64,000 nt of DNA from a virus, in the IMG/VR virus record IMGVR_UViG_3300007775_000001, positions 1-64,000 of that record; one strand, given 5' to 3'. The translations under genes and the position numbers were made by a program. Shown piece by piece: positions 1-10,204 of the stretch. The notes beneath the pieces are model-generated. The model was not told where the DNA came from. It did not search any database and saw nothing but the letters and a program-made list of their open reading frames with translations. How positions within the stretch are numbered: position 1 is the stretch's first letter; each line of letters opens with the position of its first letter.

Positions 1-69
1 GCCGTGAACAACGATCCGATCACGGGAATCCCACTGACCCCTTGTGGTGGGGTTGTGACTCAGTAACAT

Positions 70-621
70 ATGGCTCTGTCGATCACTACCTATGCGGCAC
101 TCATCAAATCCAACATCCAGTCAGCACTTGGATCGTCTGGAGGAGGGAGCCTGGATGCGTTCTGCACAGCGGTTGCTACCGGTGTTGTTAACATAGCGAC
201 GGGTCTCACCGGTCAAATCGCTGCTCCAGCGGGAACGGGTACAAGCACAGGAACGGGGATCACATTTTCTGGTTCAGGGGTTGCAAGTGGAATTATTGCG
301 GCGAAGCCTGGGTCATGGCCGGGTGGTTCACAATTGTCTCCGATTGCGACCGCTATTGGGAACGCAACGGCAACGCATTTCGGAAGTGCTGCTCTTGCGT
401 CTGACGCAAATGGCACGGCTGCATTTGCATCGTTCCTTGGTGCAATTTCGTCCATGGCGTCAGCGATTCAGGCAGCGGCTTCATTTTCAGGTGGGGAATG
501 GGCAAACTTCTGTACGGCACTGGCGACGGGAATTTGCAATGAGATTGGAAACAACGGGGCTGGCACATTGAGCGGCGCGGCGCTTCCTGGAGCGGGTAGC
601 GGTGTTGTAACCATAGCGTAG
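70..621 (+). CDS. Gly/Ala/Ser-rich virion (baseplate-region) protein
   Basis: 183 aa small-residue-rich ORF directly upstream of baseplate genes; call is from context only. Confidence 0.5.
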   Translation: MALSITTYAALIKSNIQSALGSSGGGSLDAFCTAVATGVVNIATGLTGQIAAPAGTGTSTGTGITFSGSGVASGIIAAKPGSWPGGSQLSPIATAIGNATATHFGSAALASDANGTAAFASFLGAISSMASAIQAAASFSGGEWANFCTALATGICNEIGNNGAGTLSGAALPGAGSGVVTIA

Positions 622-628
622 GAAGAAA

Positions 629-2506
629 ATGGCCGGGATCGGTGATCTTGTCAATCAGGTGATCAGTACAGTCGCTACCAAGCTTGGTCTTTCTGGCACG
701 CCTGGAGCGGCTTATCCTCCCGAATTCACGCGGGTTACAAACACTCCTAAGTATAATCAGGGTGAATGGAAAGACAACCCTGGATACGGATTCAGGGTTG
801 TTCGTGTGAAGGATGATGGAAGTGGTGTACCTGTTGATGGATGGCGTCCGTTCATTCTCCAGGTTAATCCTCAGTCTCTTGATCAAGACGAGATTTTTGC
901 GATCAATGTGACACCCACTTTCAGAGGTGTGATCGTTGAGCATCAGGGCTCTGTGCTCAAGGACATCTCTATTCAGGGTACGACTGGTATCTCTCCTGGT
1001 CGTACAACCGGTGGTGCATTCTCGAAGACAGGGAAGCCGGTGCTTGGAATGGGTCGATCTGGATACGAGGAATTCAATGAGCTTCGGTCGTACTTCAGGG
1101 CGTACGTGGAAGCTAAGCGTATTGATGACCGGGTGAATGGTGAACTTCGTCTTGTGTTCGACAACAACAAGGACTATGAGTCCCTATACGTTGAACCTCA
1201 AAAATTCTCCATGCACCGTGCCAAGGGCTTTCTGTACAACTACAATATCGTCCTGAAGGCTATCGGTGTTGCGCACATCAATGCGACAGCCGAAGAGCCA
1301 AATGTTCTCAACAGGCTGTCGGAAACGCTTTCGGATGTGAATGATTTGCTTGCTACAGCTAATGCCTACATCAATGCTGGTGTTGGCATTTTGAATCAGG
1401 TCGAGCGTGGTTTCACAGACCTGATTCTTGGGCCGATCCGTGCTTTGACCAATATCGTGAACTCGCTCAATACAGCGGTGAACACGGTTTCAAACTTCGG
1501 TTCTGGGATCAAGAGTAGTGTCAACAGTGCTGGGACGCTCGCAACGCGCAAGGCGCGGAACCTGTCAGACTTTGGGGTGACCAGAACATCGTTGGAGACA
1601 CTGAAGGCCGATGTGGATCGTGTCCGCGACAACATGATCGAGTCTGTTGGAATCGATTTGACCTCTTACAACGAGGCCACTGGTCGTGTGACAACATCTC
1701 CGGGTGTGACGAGAGATGCAACATACCTAGAGCATAAAACTATTCATGGCATGATGCTTGTGAGCAAGTCCATTTCACTTTTGCTTGCGCAGAACAAGGC
1801 GTTCGTTGATGATGTCAGCGATGAGATCAATGACGTGGTGGACAAGTATGGTGGAACTATTGCTATTGCTACTCCGCGATCTGCGAAAGTATCTGTTGTC
1901 ATGGGTGGGGATACCATCCAGACCATTGCGGCGCGCGAGCTAGGAGACCCAGACAGGTTCAGAGAACTTATTTTGCTGAACAAGCTTCAGCCGCCATACA
2001 TTGATGATACTTCTGCTGAAGGGGTGTTGATTCCTGGTGACTCGATTCTCATTCCGCGTTTCACTTCAGCGTTGGATATGGGGGCTCGTGAGAGCAAGTT
2101 GTATCCAATCTCTGAGGCTCTGAGTGTCCAGGAAAGAGCTTTCGGAATTGATCTGAGGCTTGATGGCAAGAACGACATCGTTCTGACCAATAGGGGTGAC
2201 TACGATCTGATTGGCGGAATCCTGAATTTCACCCAGGCGTTGTTGATCAAGCTGAGCTTGGAGCCTGGGTCTCTGAAGAGACATCTGGCAATCGGTACGG
2301 GGCTTCAACCTGGGAACAAGATCACGAGCAGGAAGTTGGGAGAGATCAGGAATCAGGTGTACAACTCTCTCTTGGCGGATACAAGAACTCAGTCTGTGCC
2401 AAGTGTGATCATTAGTGTGGACAATTCGAAGGTTGAGATCGTAGTAGCGGTGAAGCCGAAGAGCTTGAATCAGGTCATTCCGCTTCCGATCACGCTTCCA
2501 AACTAG
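629..2506 (+). CDS. Tail/baseplate protein with LysM-like domain and C-terminal gp25-like wedge region
   Basis: LysM-like GDTIQTIAARELGDPDRFRELILLNKL; C-terminal GIDLRLD...GDYDLIGGILNFTQAL...EPGSLKRH resembles GPW/gp25; precedes baseplate J. Confidence 0.6.
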   Translation: MAGIGDLVNQVISTVATKLGLSGTPGAAYPPEFTRVTNTPKYNQGEWKDNPGYGFRVVRVKDDGSGVPVDGWRPFILQVNPQSLDQDEIFAINVTPTFRGVIVEHQGSVLKDISIQGTTGISPGRTTGGAFSKTGKPVLGMGRSGYEEFNELRSYFRAYVEAKRIDDRVNGELRLVFDNNKDYESLYVEPQKFSMHRAKGFLYNYNIVLKAIGVAHINATAEEPNVLNRLSETLSDVNDLLATANAYINAGVGILNQVERGFTDLILGPIRALTNIVNSLNTAVNTVSNFGSGIKSSVNSAGTLATRKARNLSDFGVTRTSLETLKADVDRVRDNMIESVGIDLTSYNEATGRVTTSPGVTRDATYLEHKTIHGMMLVSKSISLLLAQNKAFVDDVSDEINDVVDKYGGTIAIATPRSAKVSVVMGGDTIQTIAARELGDPDRFRELILLNKLQPPYIDDTSAEGVLIPGDSILIPRFTSALDMGARESKLYPISEALSVQERAFGIDLRLDGKNDIVLTNRGDYDLIGGILNFTQALLIKLSLEPGSLKRHLAIGTGLQPGNKITSRKLGEIRNQVYNSLLADTRTQSVPSVIISVDNSKVEIVVAVKPKSLNQVIPLPITLPN

Positions 2507-2515
2507 GGGCAGAAA

Positions 2516-5500
2516 GTGGCCGAATTCACTCCGAAGACGTTCCCTCAGATTCTTGGGGATATGATTGCGACCGTGGTGGCTAACTCTCCACTCACGGATG
2601 CGAGTGTGGGTTCTGTGGTTAGAACCATGCTTGAGGCTGCGGCTCAGGAAGATGATGAGCAATACTTTCAGATGCTCAACATCCTGCGTAGCTTCTCGCT
2701 GGATACGACAACAGGATTAGACCTTGACGCGCGGGGTGAGGAGTTCGGTATCACGAGACAGCAGTCCCAACAGGCTACCACTGTCGTAACGTTGGGAGAC
2801 TCTTCTTTCTCGAAAGTGCAGACGGGTGTGTTCTCTGGCGCTGTTGGGCCGCTCTCTGGTGAGACCGCTGTCAAGGCGGATAGTTCGACAGGATTCCCGG
2901 TAAGTGGAAGCATCATCATTGGTCGTGGCACTCCGAATTCTGAAACGGTCGGATACTCTTCGATCACGGCTGGTCTTGGTTTTGTGACCTTCAACCTGTC
3001 TGCTGGCTTGTCTTTTGATCATGGGACGGACGAGAGCATCATCTTGTCTCAGGGAGGCAATCGGGTATTCACGGCTGGTCTTGTTGTGGCTGTTCCTGCT
3101 TCGGACTTGAGCGAAAAGATTGACTTTTCGCTCGATTCGACTGTGACTCTTCTTGATGGCGAGGTGTCTCTGACGGGTGTTGCTGTTACAGCGGTTGTTG
3201 GGGGGTCTGGTGTCAATGTCTCGATTGGTGCGATTAGCACTTTCGATTCACCTCCGTTCTCAACTGCGACGGTTACCAATCCCAACCGTGTAACAAACGG
3301 TAGAGACCTGGAGGGTGATCAGGAGTATCGCGACAGAATCAAAGATAGGATTCAGTCTCTATCTCGTGGAACGGGTTTGTCCATCATCTCAGGTGTGGCA
3401 GGTCTGGTTTCTTCGGAAGAGAACAAGCGTGTTGTGTCGGCTTCTATCGTTGAGCCAACCACTGTGCCTGACATTGTCAAGTTGTACATCGATGATGGCA
3501 CGGGATTCATCCCTTCGAGTTCCGGTGTTGGATTTGAGGAGGTTGTTGCGGTTGCAACGGGTGGAGAACAGTTCCTTGGAATAGACAACGTTCCGGTGAT
3601 GAAGGCTTCCTTGTTGTCAACGCTTTCTGAACCATTCGATTTCTCATCTGGTGGCGAAACGCTGACGGTGGACGTTGGGAACGATACCGAGACGGTGACG
3701 TTTGCAACGAGTGATTTTGTCGATCCTGCGAATGCCACTGCGGTTGAAGTTCAGGTCAAGTTCAACAAGGCTTCTTTGTTTGAAGCTCGTGTTGCATCCA
3801 ATGGCACGGTACGCATCTTCGCGAGACGGAACAAGGAAGATGACATCATCGTAACTGGCGGAACAGCGAATGCGATTCTTGGGTTCCCTCAGAGTTCGAG
3901 GCGGTACACAACACATCTTTACAAGTCGAATCGGAATGCTATTTCTTTGCTCAGTAAAGATGGTGCAACCGCTCGAATCGAATCTGGTAACGCTGAGACC
4001 TTCGATCTTTCTGGGACAACGTTCAATCTGTGCGTTGTGATCGATGGGAAGACTGACACGCCGATTCAGATTCCCTTGTTCACATCGGACTTTGTCGATC
4101 CTGCGAATGCCACTGCTGAAGAGGTTGTGGCAGCGATTGGTGCGCGTGCTCCTGGTCTCTCCAGTGAAGCTTCTTTGGTTGGGACACGGGTTAAGCTGTT
4201 CTCGCGGTTGCTTCTCAGTGTGGATTCGAAGATTCAGGTTGTGGAGAACTTCGATCAGGTCTTCAACGAGGAGAGCAGTGTTGACACAGACCGTACAACA
4301 GAACTGAGTGCTCTTGCCGGGACAGCGAATCTGTTTGCGGTTAATAGCGATTACGTTCATGTGGGTCACGATACGGTCAAGTTCAATTCGGTCTATGTCC
4401 AGATGAGCACTCCTTCATCTGATGACATTGGGTTGCTTGTCGAGTATTGGAATGGGAGCACTTGGGTTCCTGTCGGTGTTTTTGACGGGACTGCTGGATT
4501 CACCCAGAATGGGATCATCACGATTCCGCCACTGTTTGATTGGATGAAGACCGCTGGCCCCGGAACGTCTGCTTACTGGCTTAGGCTTCAGAGAACGACG
4601 GTGACGGTGACCACACCTCCTGTCGCACAATTGGTCAGGGTGTGTTCTGCGAACGCTGTATTGGCGTTTCCTTCGGGTGTTCAGTCCGGGGCCGATGCCG
4701 ACTATACGGTGAACCGTTTTGTGGGCCAGATAGAGCTTCTGACATCCCTCGTGGCTGGTGAAAAACTTGTTCTTGGATCGGATGACACACGGGCCTTTGT
4801 CACAACTGTCAACTCTGATACCTACAACTTCACAGGTGGTGGACAGGGATTGAACGTCACAATTGATGGGGTTGCTCAGAGCTACACCTTCCTTGTGGGG
4901 GATTTTGTTGATCCTGCGAATGGTACAGCCGCCGAAGTGGCAGCCGCTTTGAACGCTGGCTTGACAGGTGTATCAGCCGAAGTGGTTGATACTAACTATG
5001 TCAAGCTGACCATCAAGAGTCACGATTCGACAGGAACAATCATCGTAACTGGCGGAACAGCGAATGTGATTCTTGGGTTCCCAACGACTCAGGTGATTTC
5101 TCTCCAATCGCACTACGCTTTTGCTGAGTCTGGTTCTGCGGAAAACTACAGCTTCACAGTTGGCGATCTGGTCATTGTTGTGATCGATGGTGAAGATGTT
5201 GATCTGTTCTCAGTGCCATGTACACATGCAAGCGTATTGACCGGGGCGACAGATACGACGCATGTGATAGATTCCAATTTGTCATCGTATTTCCCGAATG
5301 CGACAGACCTTGTTGGTTTCGAATTGGAGATGACAAGTGGTGCTCAGAGTGGTGAGAGAAAGACGATCACTGCCTACGATCCTGGCACCGGAACAGTGAC
5401 GTTGAACGCTGCGTTGACTGGAACTCCGTTGGCGGCAGACACCTATGAAATCTTGCCTGTCACGGCAGAAGACGTGGTCTTCTTCTGGAACAACAAGAAA

Positions 5501-6052
5501 ATCACTTCGCTCAGCAATGCAGCAACAATCGAAGTGTCTGACGGTGGCCGAAGAGTCCAGATTGTAACTTTGACCATCGCTGCTTCTGGATCGGTACAGG
5601 TGACCGGTGGTGCAGGAAACGCGACACTTAATTTCTCTACCAGTAAGTTTGTTGGGGTAGATGGCTATCAGTTTCTCACTGGCCTTGCTCAGATCGCTCA
5701 GTGGGTCGTTGACGGGCGTCCTGACGATCAGGAGACATATCCCGGACTCCGCGCAGTTGGCAATCAGGTCGAGGTGCTTGAGCCAGCGTTGAGGAAGATC
5801 ACGATTGAGATCGATGTGACCACTCAGCCAAGCGTTTCTCTGACTTCTGTGATCAACGATGTGAAGTCGGCTGTTTCGGCATACATCAACGGTTTGGGGG
5901 TTGGCGAAGACGTGATTCTGTCCGATATAGTTGTAGCGGTGAAAGGTGTTGCCGGGGTGTTTGATGCGGTGATGCTTACACCGGTTGTGAATACTCCGGT
6001 TTCCGATAACGAGCTTGCGCGGATCAGCGAAGCGGATATTGCTGTCGTGTAG
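2516..6052 (+). CDS. Baseplate J/gp47-like wedge protein with large repeat-containing insertion
   Basis: N-terminal KTFPQILGDM..GSVVRTMLEA..GLDLDARGEEFGITR; GRDLEGDQEYRDRI; C-terminal VSAYINGLGVGEDVILSDIV are baseplate-J hallmarks. Confidence 0.85.
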   Translation: MAEFTPKTFPQILGDMIATVVANSPLTDASVGSVVRTMLEAAAQEDDEQYFQMLNILRSFSLDTTTGLDLDARGEEFGITRQQSQQATTVVTLGDSSFSKVQTGVFSGAVGPLSGETAVKADSSTGFPVSGSIIIGRGTPNSETVGYSSITAGLGFVTFNLSAGLSFDHGTDESIILSQGGNRVFTAGLVVAVPASDLSEKIDFSLDSTVTLLDGEVSLTGVAVTAVVGGSGVNVSIGAISTFDSPPFSTATVTNPNRVTNGRDLEGDQEYRDRIKDRIQSLSRGTGLSIISGVAGLVSSEENKRVVSASIVEPTTVPDIVKLYIDDGTGFIPSSSGVGFEEVVAVATGGEQFLGIDNVPVMKASLLSTLSEPFDFSSGGETLTVDVGNDTETVTFATSDFVDPANATAVEVQVKFNKASLFEARVASNGTVRIFARRNKEDDIIVTGGTANAILGFPQSSRRYTTHLYKSNRNAISLLSKDGATARIESGNAETFDLSGTTFNLCVVIDGKTDTPIQIPLFTSDFVDPANATAEEVVAAIGARAPGLSSEASLVGTRVKLFSRLLLSVDSKIQVVENFDQVFNEESSVDTDRTTELSALAGTANLFAVNSDYVHVGHDTVKFNSVYVQMSTPSSDDIGLLVEYWNGSTWVPVGVFDGTAGFTQNGIITIPPLFDWMKTAGPGTSAYWLRLQRTTVTVTTPPVAQLVRVCSANAVLAFPSGVQSGADADYTVNRFVGQIELLTSLVAGEKLVLGSDDTRAFVTTVNSDTYNFTGGGQGLNVTIDGVAQSYTFLVGDFVDPANGTAAEVAAALNAGLTGVSAEVVDTNYVKLTIKSHDSTGTIIVTGGTANVILGFPTTQVISLQSHYAFAESGSAENYSFTVGDLVIVVIDGEDVDLFSVPCTHASVLTGATDTTHVIDSNLSSYFPNATDLVGFELEMTSGAQSGERKTITAYDPGTGTVTLNAALTGTPLAADTYEILPVTAEDVVFFWNNKKITSLSNAATIEVSDGGRRVQIVTLTIAASGSVQVTGGAGNATLNFSTSKFVGVDGYQFLTGLAQIAQWVVDGRPDDQETYPGLRAVGNQVEVLEPALRKITIEIDVTTQPSVSLTSVINDVKSAVSAYINGLGVGEDVILSDIVVAVKGVAGVFDAVMLTPVVNTPVSDNELARISEADIAVV

Positions 6053-6070
6053 AGTTTCTACGTAGAAACT
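6053..6070. repeat. Dispersed palindrome copy 1 (AGTTTCTACGTAGAAACT)
   Basis: 18-bp perfect palindrome immediately after the baseplate J stop codon. Confidence 0.95.
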
Positions 6071-6074
6071 GCTC

Positions 6075-7190
6075 ATGGTCACAAAGTTTAACAAAATGGT
6101 TCGGTATGTCCCCGGTATGTACAATCCGGGGAGCAATACTAACATCAAGGCTCTCCTGTCGGCTTGGGGTGGGTCTGATGATGCTGTTGTGACCCAGATC
6201 AAGGCTGCCAAGGATCAACTCTTTGTGACCAAGGCTAGCGGTGAATTCCTTGATCTGCTGGGAAGCAATGTCGGTGTTCTCAGAACGTCTGGGCTTGCGG
6301 TAAGCGATGATATCTATCGTCAGTTGATTCCACTGCTCAGCTTCTATCCGAAGCAGATCGCTCCAACGATCTACAAGCTGTTGGAGGTCTTCTTTGGAGA
6401 GGGCAATCCTGACATCGGCGTGTGGCAGACCAATACCAACGAGATCGTTGTGATCACGCCTGATGCGATTCTCTTCACGGCTGGGAGAGGTCTGAAGGGA
6501 GCGTTTTTTCTTCGCAGCTTTGGGGCCACTGTAGATTCGGTTAGTGTTCCTGGCAACACGGTGACGATTACGTTTGATGATCCGGATCAGACCGTAGCAG
6601 TCAATCAGTTGGCGGGTGCCAAGGTAGGAAACTACGGATACGAGTTGGTCATCGCGAGCAATACGGCTGGAAATAGTCCTGTGTTGACTCTGGCGGCTGG
6701 AGAAGATATATTCAGATTCACAGCCATGGAGAGCGTGAATCTGACTCTGCCTGGGTATGAGGGGCACTATCTTCATGACCCGGATGCAGCGTGGCAGATT
6801 ACAGGACAGAGAGGAATTCTTGGAGAGATCATTAACGCGACCGACATGAAGAATGCGTTGTTGATGAATGATACTTCTGGGATTCCCGACACAACAGGTA
6901 GTCTAGTGTTCGATTTTGGAGGGCAGCTTGAAGAAGTTCCAGTCCCCTATTTGGGGAGACCAAACAATTCGGTTCTGCTTATTGACCCGACCTACATTTT
7001 CACCAAGGATCATGCGATTGGGGCCGTGGTGAATTATGTCAATGAGCCTGCGATTGTTCCTGAGACGGATGGTGATGACTACGCGATTTATCTTGCTGGT
7101 ACGAGGTCATCCATCGAGATTGCGCAAGGTTTGATTAGACAGATTGTTGCAGCCGGTGTGGTAGTCCGGTTCATTGAGATTCCGGTTTAG
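6075..7190 (+). CDS. Baseplate wedge/tail protein (gpI-like position)
   Basis: ASGEFLDLLGSNVGVLR..SDDIYRQLI motif typical of the gene following baseplate J. Confidence 0.6.
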   Translation: MVTKFNKMVRYVPGMYNPGSNTNIKALLSAWGGSDDAVVTQIKAAKDQLFVTKASGEFLDLLGSNVGVLRTSGLAVSDDIYRQLIPLLSFYPKQIAPTIYKLLEVFFGEGNPDIGVWQTNTNEIVVITPDAILFTAGRGLKGAFFLRSFGATVDSVSVPGNTVTITFDDPDQTVAVNQLAGAKVGNYGYELVIASNTAGNSPVLTLAAGEDIFRFTAMESVNLTLPGYEGHYLHDPDAAWQITGQRGILGEIINATDMKNALLMNDTSGIPDTTGSLVFDFGGQLEEVPVPYLGRPNNSVLLIDPTYIFTKDHAIGAVVNYVNEPAIVPETDGDDYAIYLAGTRSSIEIAQGLIRQIVAAGVVVRFIEIPV

Positions 7191-7199
7191 GGGCACATC

Positions 7200-8801
7200 A
7201 TGCAGAGAAAGCAGCGTTTCGTTGCAGATCAGAGATGGGATTTGTCTCAATATGACTCTATGATGGGTTTCATAGAGGAATCTTTCAGGTCTTTGAATCA
7301 GTATTTTGTTTCTTCTGATTCAAAGGTTCTTGCTGGATGGGAAATTGAGACTATTTCTGGATTGAACATTCGTGTGAAAAAAGATCAGGTTTCTGTATTG
7401 GTTCTTTCTGATCGGTCTGGTCATGAGGAATTTCATTGGAGATTGGCGACAGAGAGTGATTTGTTTTTGTCTCTTGGAAACAATGATGTGCATTATGTTG
7501 AAGTTCAGTTTGTAGAATCAACTGAAGATTCTTCTACTGTTGCATTTTGGGACTCTCAGACTAATTCTGAATTTTCTCAGGCATCTGATCAAACTGTTGT
7601 TCAGATGCCTGTTCTTGTATCCAATACATCTGGATTTACCGGTGATCCTGATAAAGTTCCTCTTGCGGTAGTAACAACTTCTGGTGGTGTTGTCACGGGA
7701 ATAGTTGATTCAAGACCGTTGATATTTGCGTTGGATTCAGATTTTGATTTTGGTATTCCTCGTAGCGATAGAGCGATCAAAACTGTCAAGAATATGTTTG
7801 ATGCTCTTGCTACGTCTTTGAAAGAATTGAAGAATACAACAAATTGGTATGACGACGGAGGTTCTTTCCAAATAACGTCTGAGAAGGGCGCGGCTAACGG
7901 CTACGCGAGTCTGGACGGCAGCGGGGATGTTCCTGATGCGCAGATTCCGGTCGGTATCCAGCGCAAGAGCGAGCGCGACATCATCAATGGGTATCCCACG
8001 CTGATTGACAATGGTGGTTCACCGGCAATTGCGGCGTCGCAACTCTCGCTGGCGGAACTACTTAGCCGAAAGGACGCGGCCAGCGGTTATGCGGGGTTGG
8101 ATTCGTTGTCTCGCCTTGTCCGCTCGGCCTTCACCATTGGGCCGTTCTCTCTGCCGGACAGTGCTTCGCCCGCTGCGGATTTGGTGGCCGCAGGCGTACC
8201 GGATGACTGCTATTACATTGCGATTGTCGCTGACAAATTGGGGTATCCGGAGGCGGTCTACGGCACAGGCGGAATCCGATCATACGGCATGGTGACAGGC
8301 CGATATGCCACGAGCAATGCCTATTCCTATTGTTATCAAGAATTTCGCAGCGTTTCGGCATCCCTCGGAACCTACCGTCGATATTCTACCTCGGCTGGGG
8401 CCGCGTGGTCAGCTTGGGTTCAGACTTCTGACACCATCGACATCTCACGGATCGTCTACGGCGGCAACGCCAGCGCCACCACCAATCTCGCGAACGCAGG
8501 CGATTTGAATGCGGTTACGAAGTCCGGGTTCTACAAGGCTGACAATCCGTCGGTGACGGAAACCCCCGCAGCCGGGGGATGGGATATCATCCACGTCGAG
8601 CACGAGCCACTCAACGGCTACGGCTTCCAGATCGCCGTGCAGGTCGCAATGACGGATATCTGGATTCGGCAAAAGACGGCTGGCTCCTGGGGCTCCTGGG
8701 TATCATATGCCAAGGCGGCGGCAAACGGCATTGCGTCGCTGGACGGCTCATCCATATTGTTTCAGAGCACCTACGGGGCGCATTGTGGCAGGCGGCGGTA
8801 G
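7200..8801 (+). CDS. Tail fibre protein
   Basis: Repeated KGAANGYASLDG-type units; knob-like segment DLNAVTKSGFY...QIAV..IWIRQK..GSWGSW; position after baseplate genes. Confidence 0.75.
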   Translation: MQRKQRFVADQRWDLSQYDSMMGFIEESFRSLNQYFVSSDSKVLAGWEIETISGLNIRVKKDQVSVLVLSDRSGHEEFHWRLATESDLFLSLGNNDVHYVEVQFVESTEDSSTVAFWDSQTNSEFSQASDQTVVQMPVLVSNTSGFTGDPDKVPLAVVTTSGGVVTGIVDSRPLIFALDSDFDFGIPRSDRAIKTVKNMFDALATSLKELKNTTNWYDDGGSFQITSEKGAANGYASLDGSGDVPDAQIPVGIQRKSERDIINGYPTLIDNGGSPAIAASQLSLAELLSRKDAASGYAGLDSLSRLVRSAFTIGPFSLPDSASPAADLVAAGVPDDCYYIAIVADKLGYPEAVYGTGGIRSYGMVTGRYATSNAYSYCYQEFRSVSASLGTYRRYSTSAGAAWSAWVQTSDTIDISRIVYGGNASATTNLANAGDLNAVTKSGFYKADNPSVTETPAAGGWDIIHVEHEPLNGYGFQIAVQVAMTDIWIRQKTAGSWGSWVSYAKAAANGIASLDGSSILFQSTYGAHCGRRR

Positions 8802-8802
8802 C

Positions 8803-9666
8803 ATGAATGCTAGCTTGATCGACGCCGGGACTTTCCCGCAGGCGAGAATCGGTGCCGGGGCCGTTGGGCAGTCGCAGCTAAAGACCGGCTTACAGCAGAG
8901 TACGTTGTTGATGACGCCGGGCACTACATCCATCACGGTCACGAGCGGGCCTTACGCGCTCAATGCGTTCTGGTCGGCGTCTGCTCCCGATTCACTGTGG
9001 CTGCGGCGCGTCGCCGGTATCACGGCGGGATACGCGTCGCAGGAGGGCGTTACCAACATTGACTCGTCTAACCACACCTATTACTTCCAGATTCGTTACA
9101 TCACGGCGAGTCCGCCCTACGACCTAGGGGACGGGGAAATCCCTGTGTTTGTATTCCTACTGCTGGACGCGAGCGGCAATGTGGTGGGGGTGGACGTGGC
9201 GCCAGACCCACCGTGGGCCAACAACGGCCCCACGCCGATCAGCCCGGCTCACCCACGCGTCAGGACTGCTGGTGACGGCAAGCGATATCTGCGTGTGCCG
9301 CTTGTACCGGCGCCGGGCTTGGGGGCGAGTGCCAGCGAGCGGGAAGCCTTCGCTGAATGTCTGTGCCAGCCATTTGATGACAATTCGGCATGGCAGGAAA
9401 TAGAGATTGATCAGAAGATCAAGAATCAGGACATGTCGCTGGTGCCGCACCCCTGGCAAGGAAACGATCTGGGCGCGCGCACGGTGGTGCTACTAGACCC
9501 GGTGAGTGCCATGGCTCATCGGATGGCGCGGCTGCACGATCTGCAAGAGCCCGACCAGCGGCCCAGAGACTTGCTGCTGGACGGTGCGCTGCGCGTGGAC
9601 AACACGTCGCTGCGGCGGGCTGGCCCGCCGGGTGTGCTTATCTGCGGGGCGACATGGGCGTCCTGA
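8803..9666 (+). CDS. Tail fibre-associated protein (possibly the distal part of the fibre, frameshifted)
   Basis: ATG 1 nt after the fibre stop; frame open from 8707; IGAGAVGQSQLKT and ITASPPYDLGDGEIP segments resemble fibre proteins. Confidence 0.55.
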   Translation: MNASLIDAGTFPQARIGAGAVGQSQLKTGLQQSTLLMTPGTTSITVTSGPYALNAFWSASAPDSLWLRRVAGITAGYASQEGVTNIDSSNHTYYFQIRYITASPPYDLGDGEIPVFVFLLLDASGNVVGVDVAPDPPWANNGPTPISPAHPRVRTAGDGKRYLRVPLVPAPGLGASASEREAFAECLCQPFDDNSAWQEIEIDQKIKNQDMSLVPHPWQGNDLGARTVVLLDPVSAMAHRMARLHDLQEPDQRPRDLLLDGALRVDNTSLRRAGPPGVLICGATWAS

Positions 9667-10157
9667 GCCAACCTCCAGCTATTATCGAAAGCATACCCTT
9701 TAGCGAGAGCGGACTGTTCGGCATGAAGGGATGGTCGAGCATGGATAAGGGAATGTTGGCAACAGCTATTGTTGCGACAATTGCGGATGTGGAGACCACG
9801 AAGCGGACGGACAAGCGCGTGCCGGAGCGCAACCCGTTGCTAGGCAAGCATCCCAGCAACGGGTTGTTGAACGCGGGCGGTCTGGCGGCAATTGCGGGCG
9901 GTACAGCACTGGCGGCGGCATTGCCGGAGGAGGAACGAATCCGGGCATTGGCGGCATGGGCCGCTGCGGAGGCGATTCTGGCTTACAACAATGCTCATCC
10001 GAAGGGACGCGGGTATGCTCCAGCCATTGTGGGAGGCGTCCTGGCGTACATGCTAGCGGGCCGTCTCCCTAGCACTGAAGCAACGTCTGGTCTAAGTTTC
10101 GGTCTAGAGGTTACTCCAGATGGGAGCCCTGCTCTGGCCATGCAAAAGAAATTCTAG
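9654..10157 (+). CDS. Hypothetical hydrophobic protein
   Basis: 167 aa ORF with hydrophobic segments and an ERNPLLG motif; start uncertain. Confidence 0.45.
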   Translation: MGVLSQPPAIIESIPFSESGLFGMKGWSSMDKGMLATAIVATIADVETTKRTDKRVPERNPLLGKHPSNGLLNAGGLAAIAGGTALAAALPEEERIRALAAWAAAEAILAYNNAHPKGRGYAPAIVGGVLAYMLAGRLPSTEATSGLSFGLEVTPDGSPALAMQKKF

Positions 10158-10204
10158 CTTTCACCCACTCCAAGAGCATGAGACGTACTTATCAGGAGGT
10201 TGTC

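Noticed and set aside
7200-9666. Diversity-generating retroelement or invertible fibre cassette
   Set aside because: No reverse transcriptase, invertase or template/variable repeat pair seen in the window
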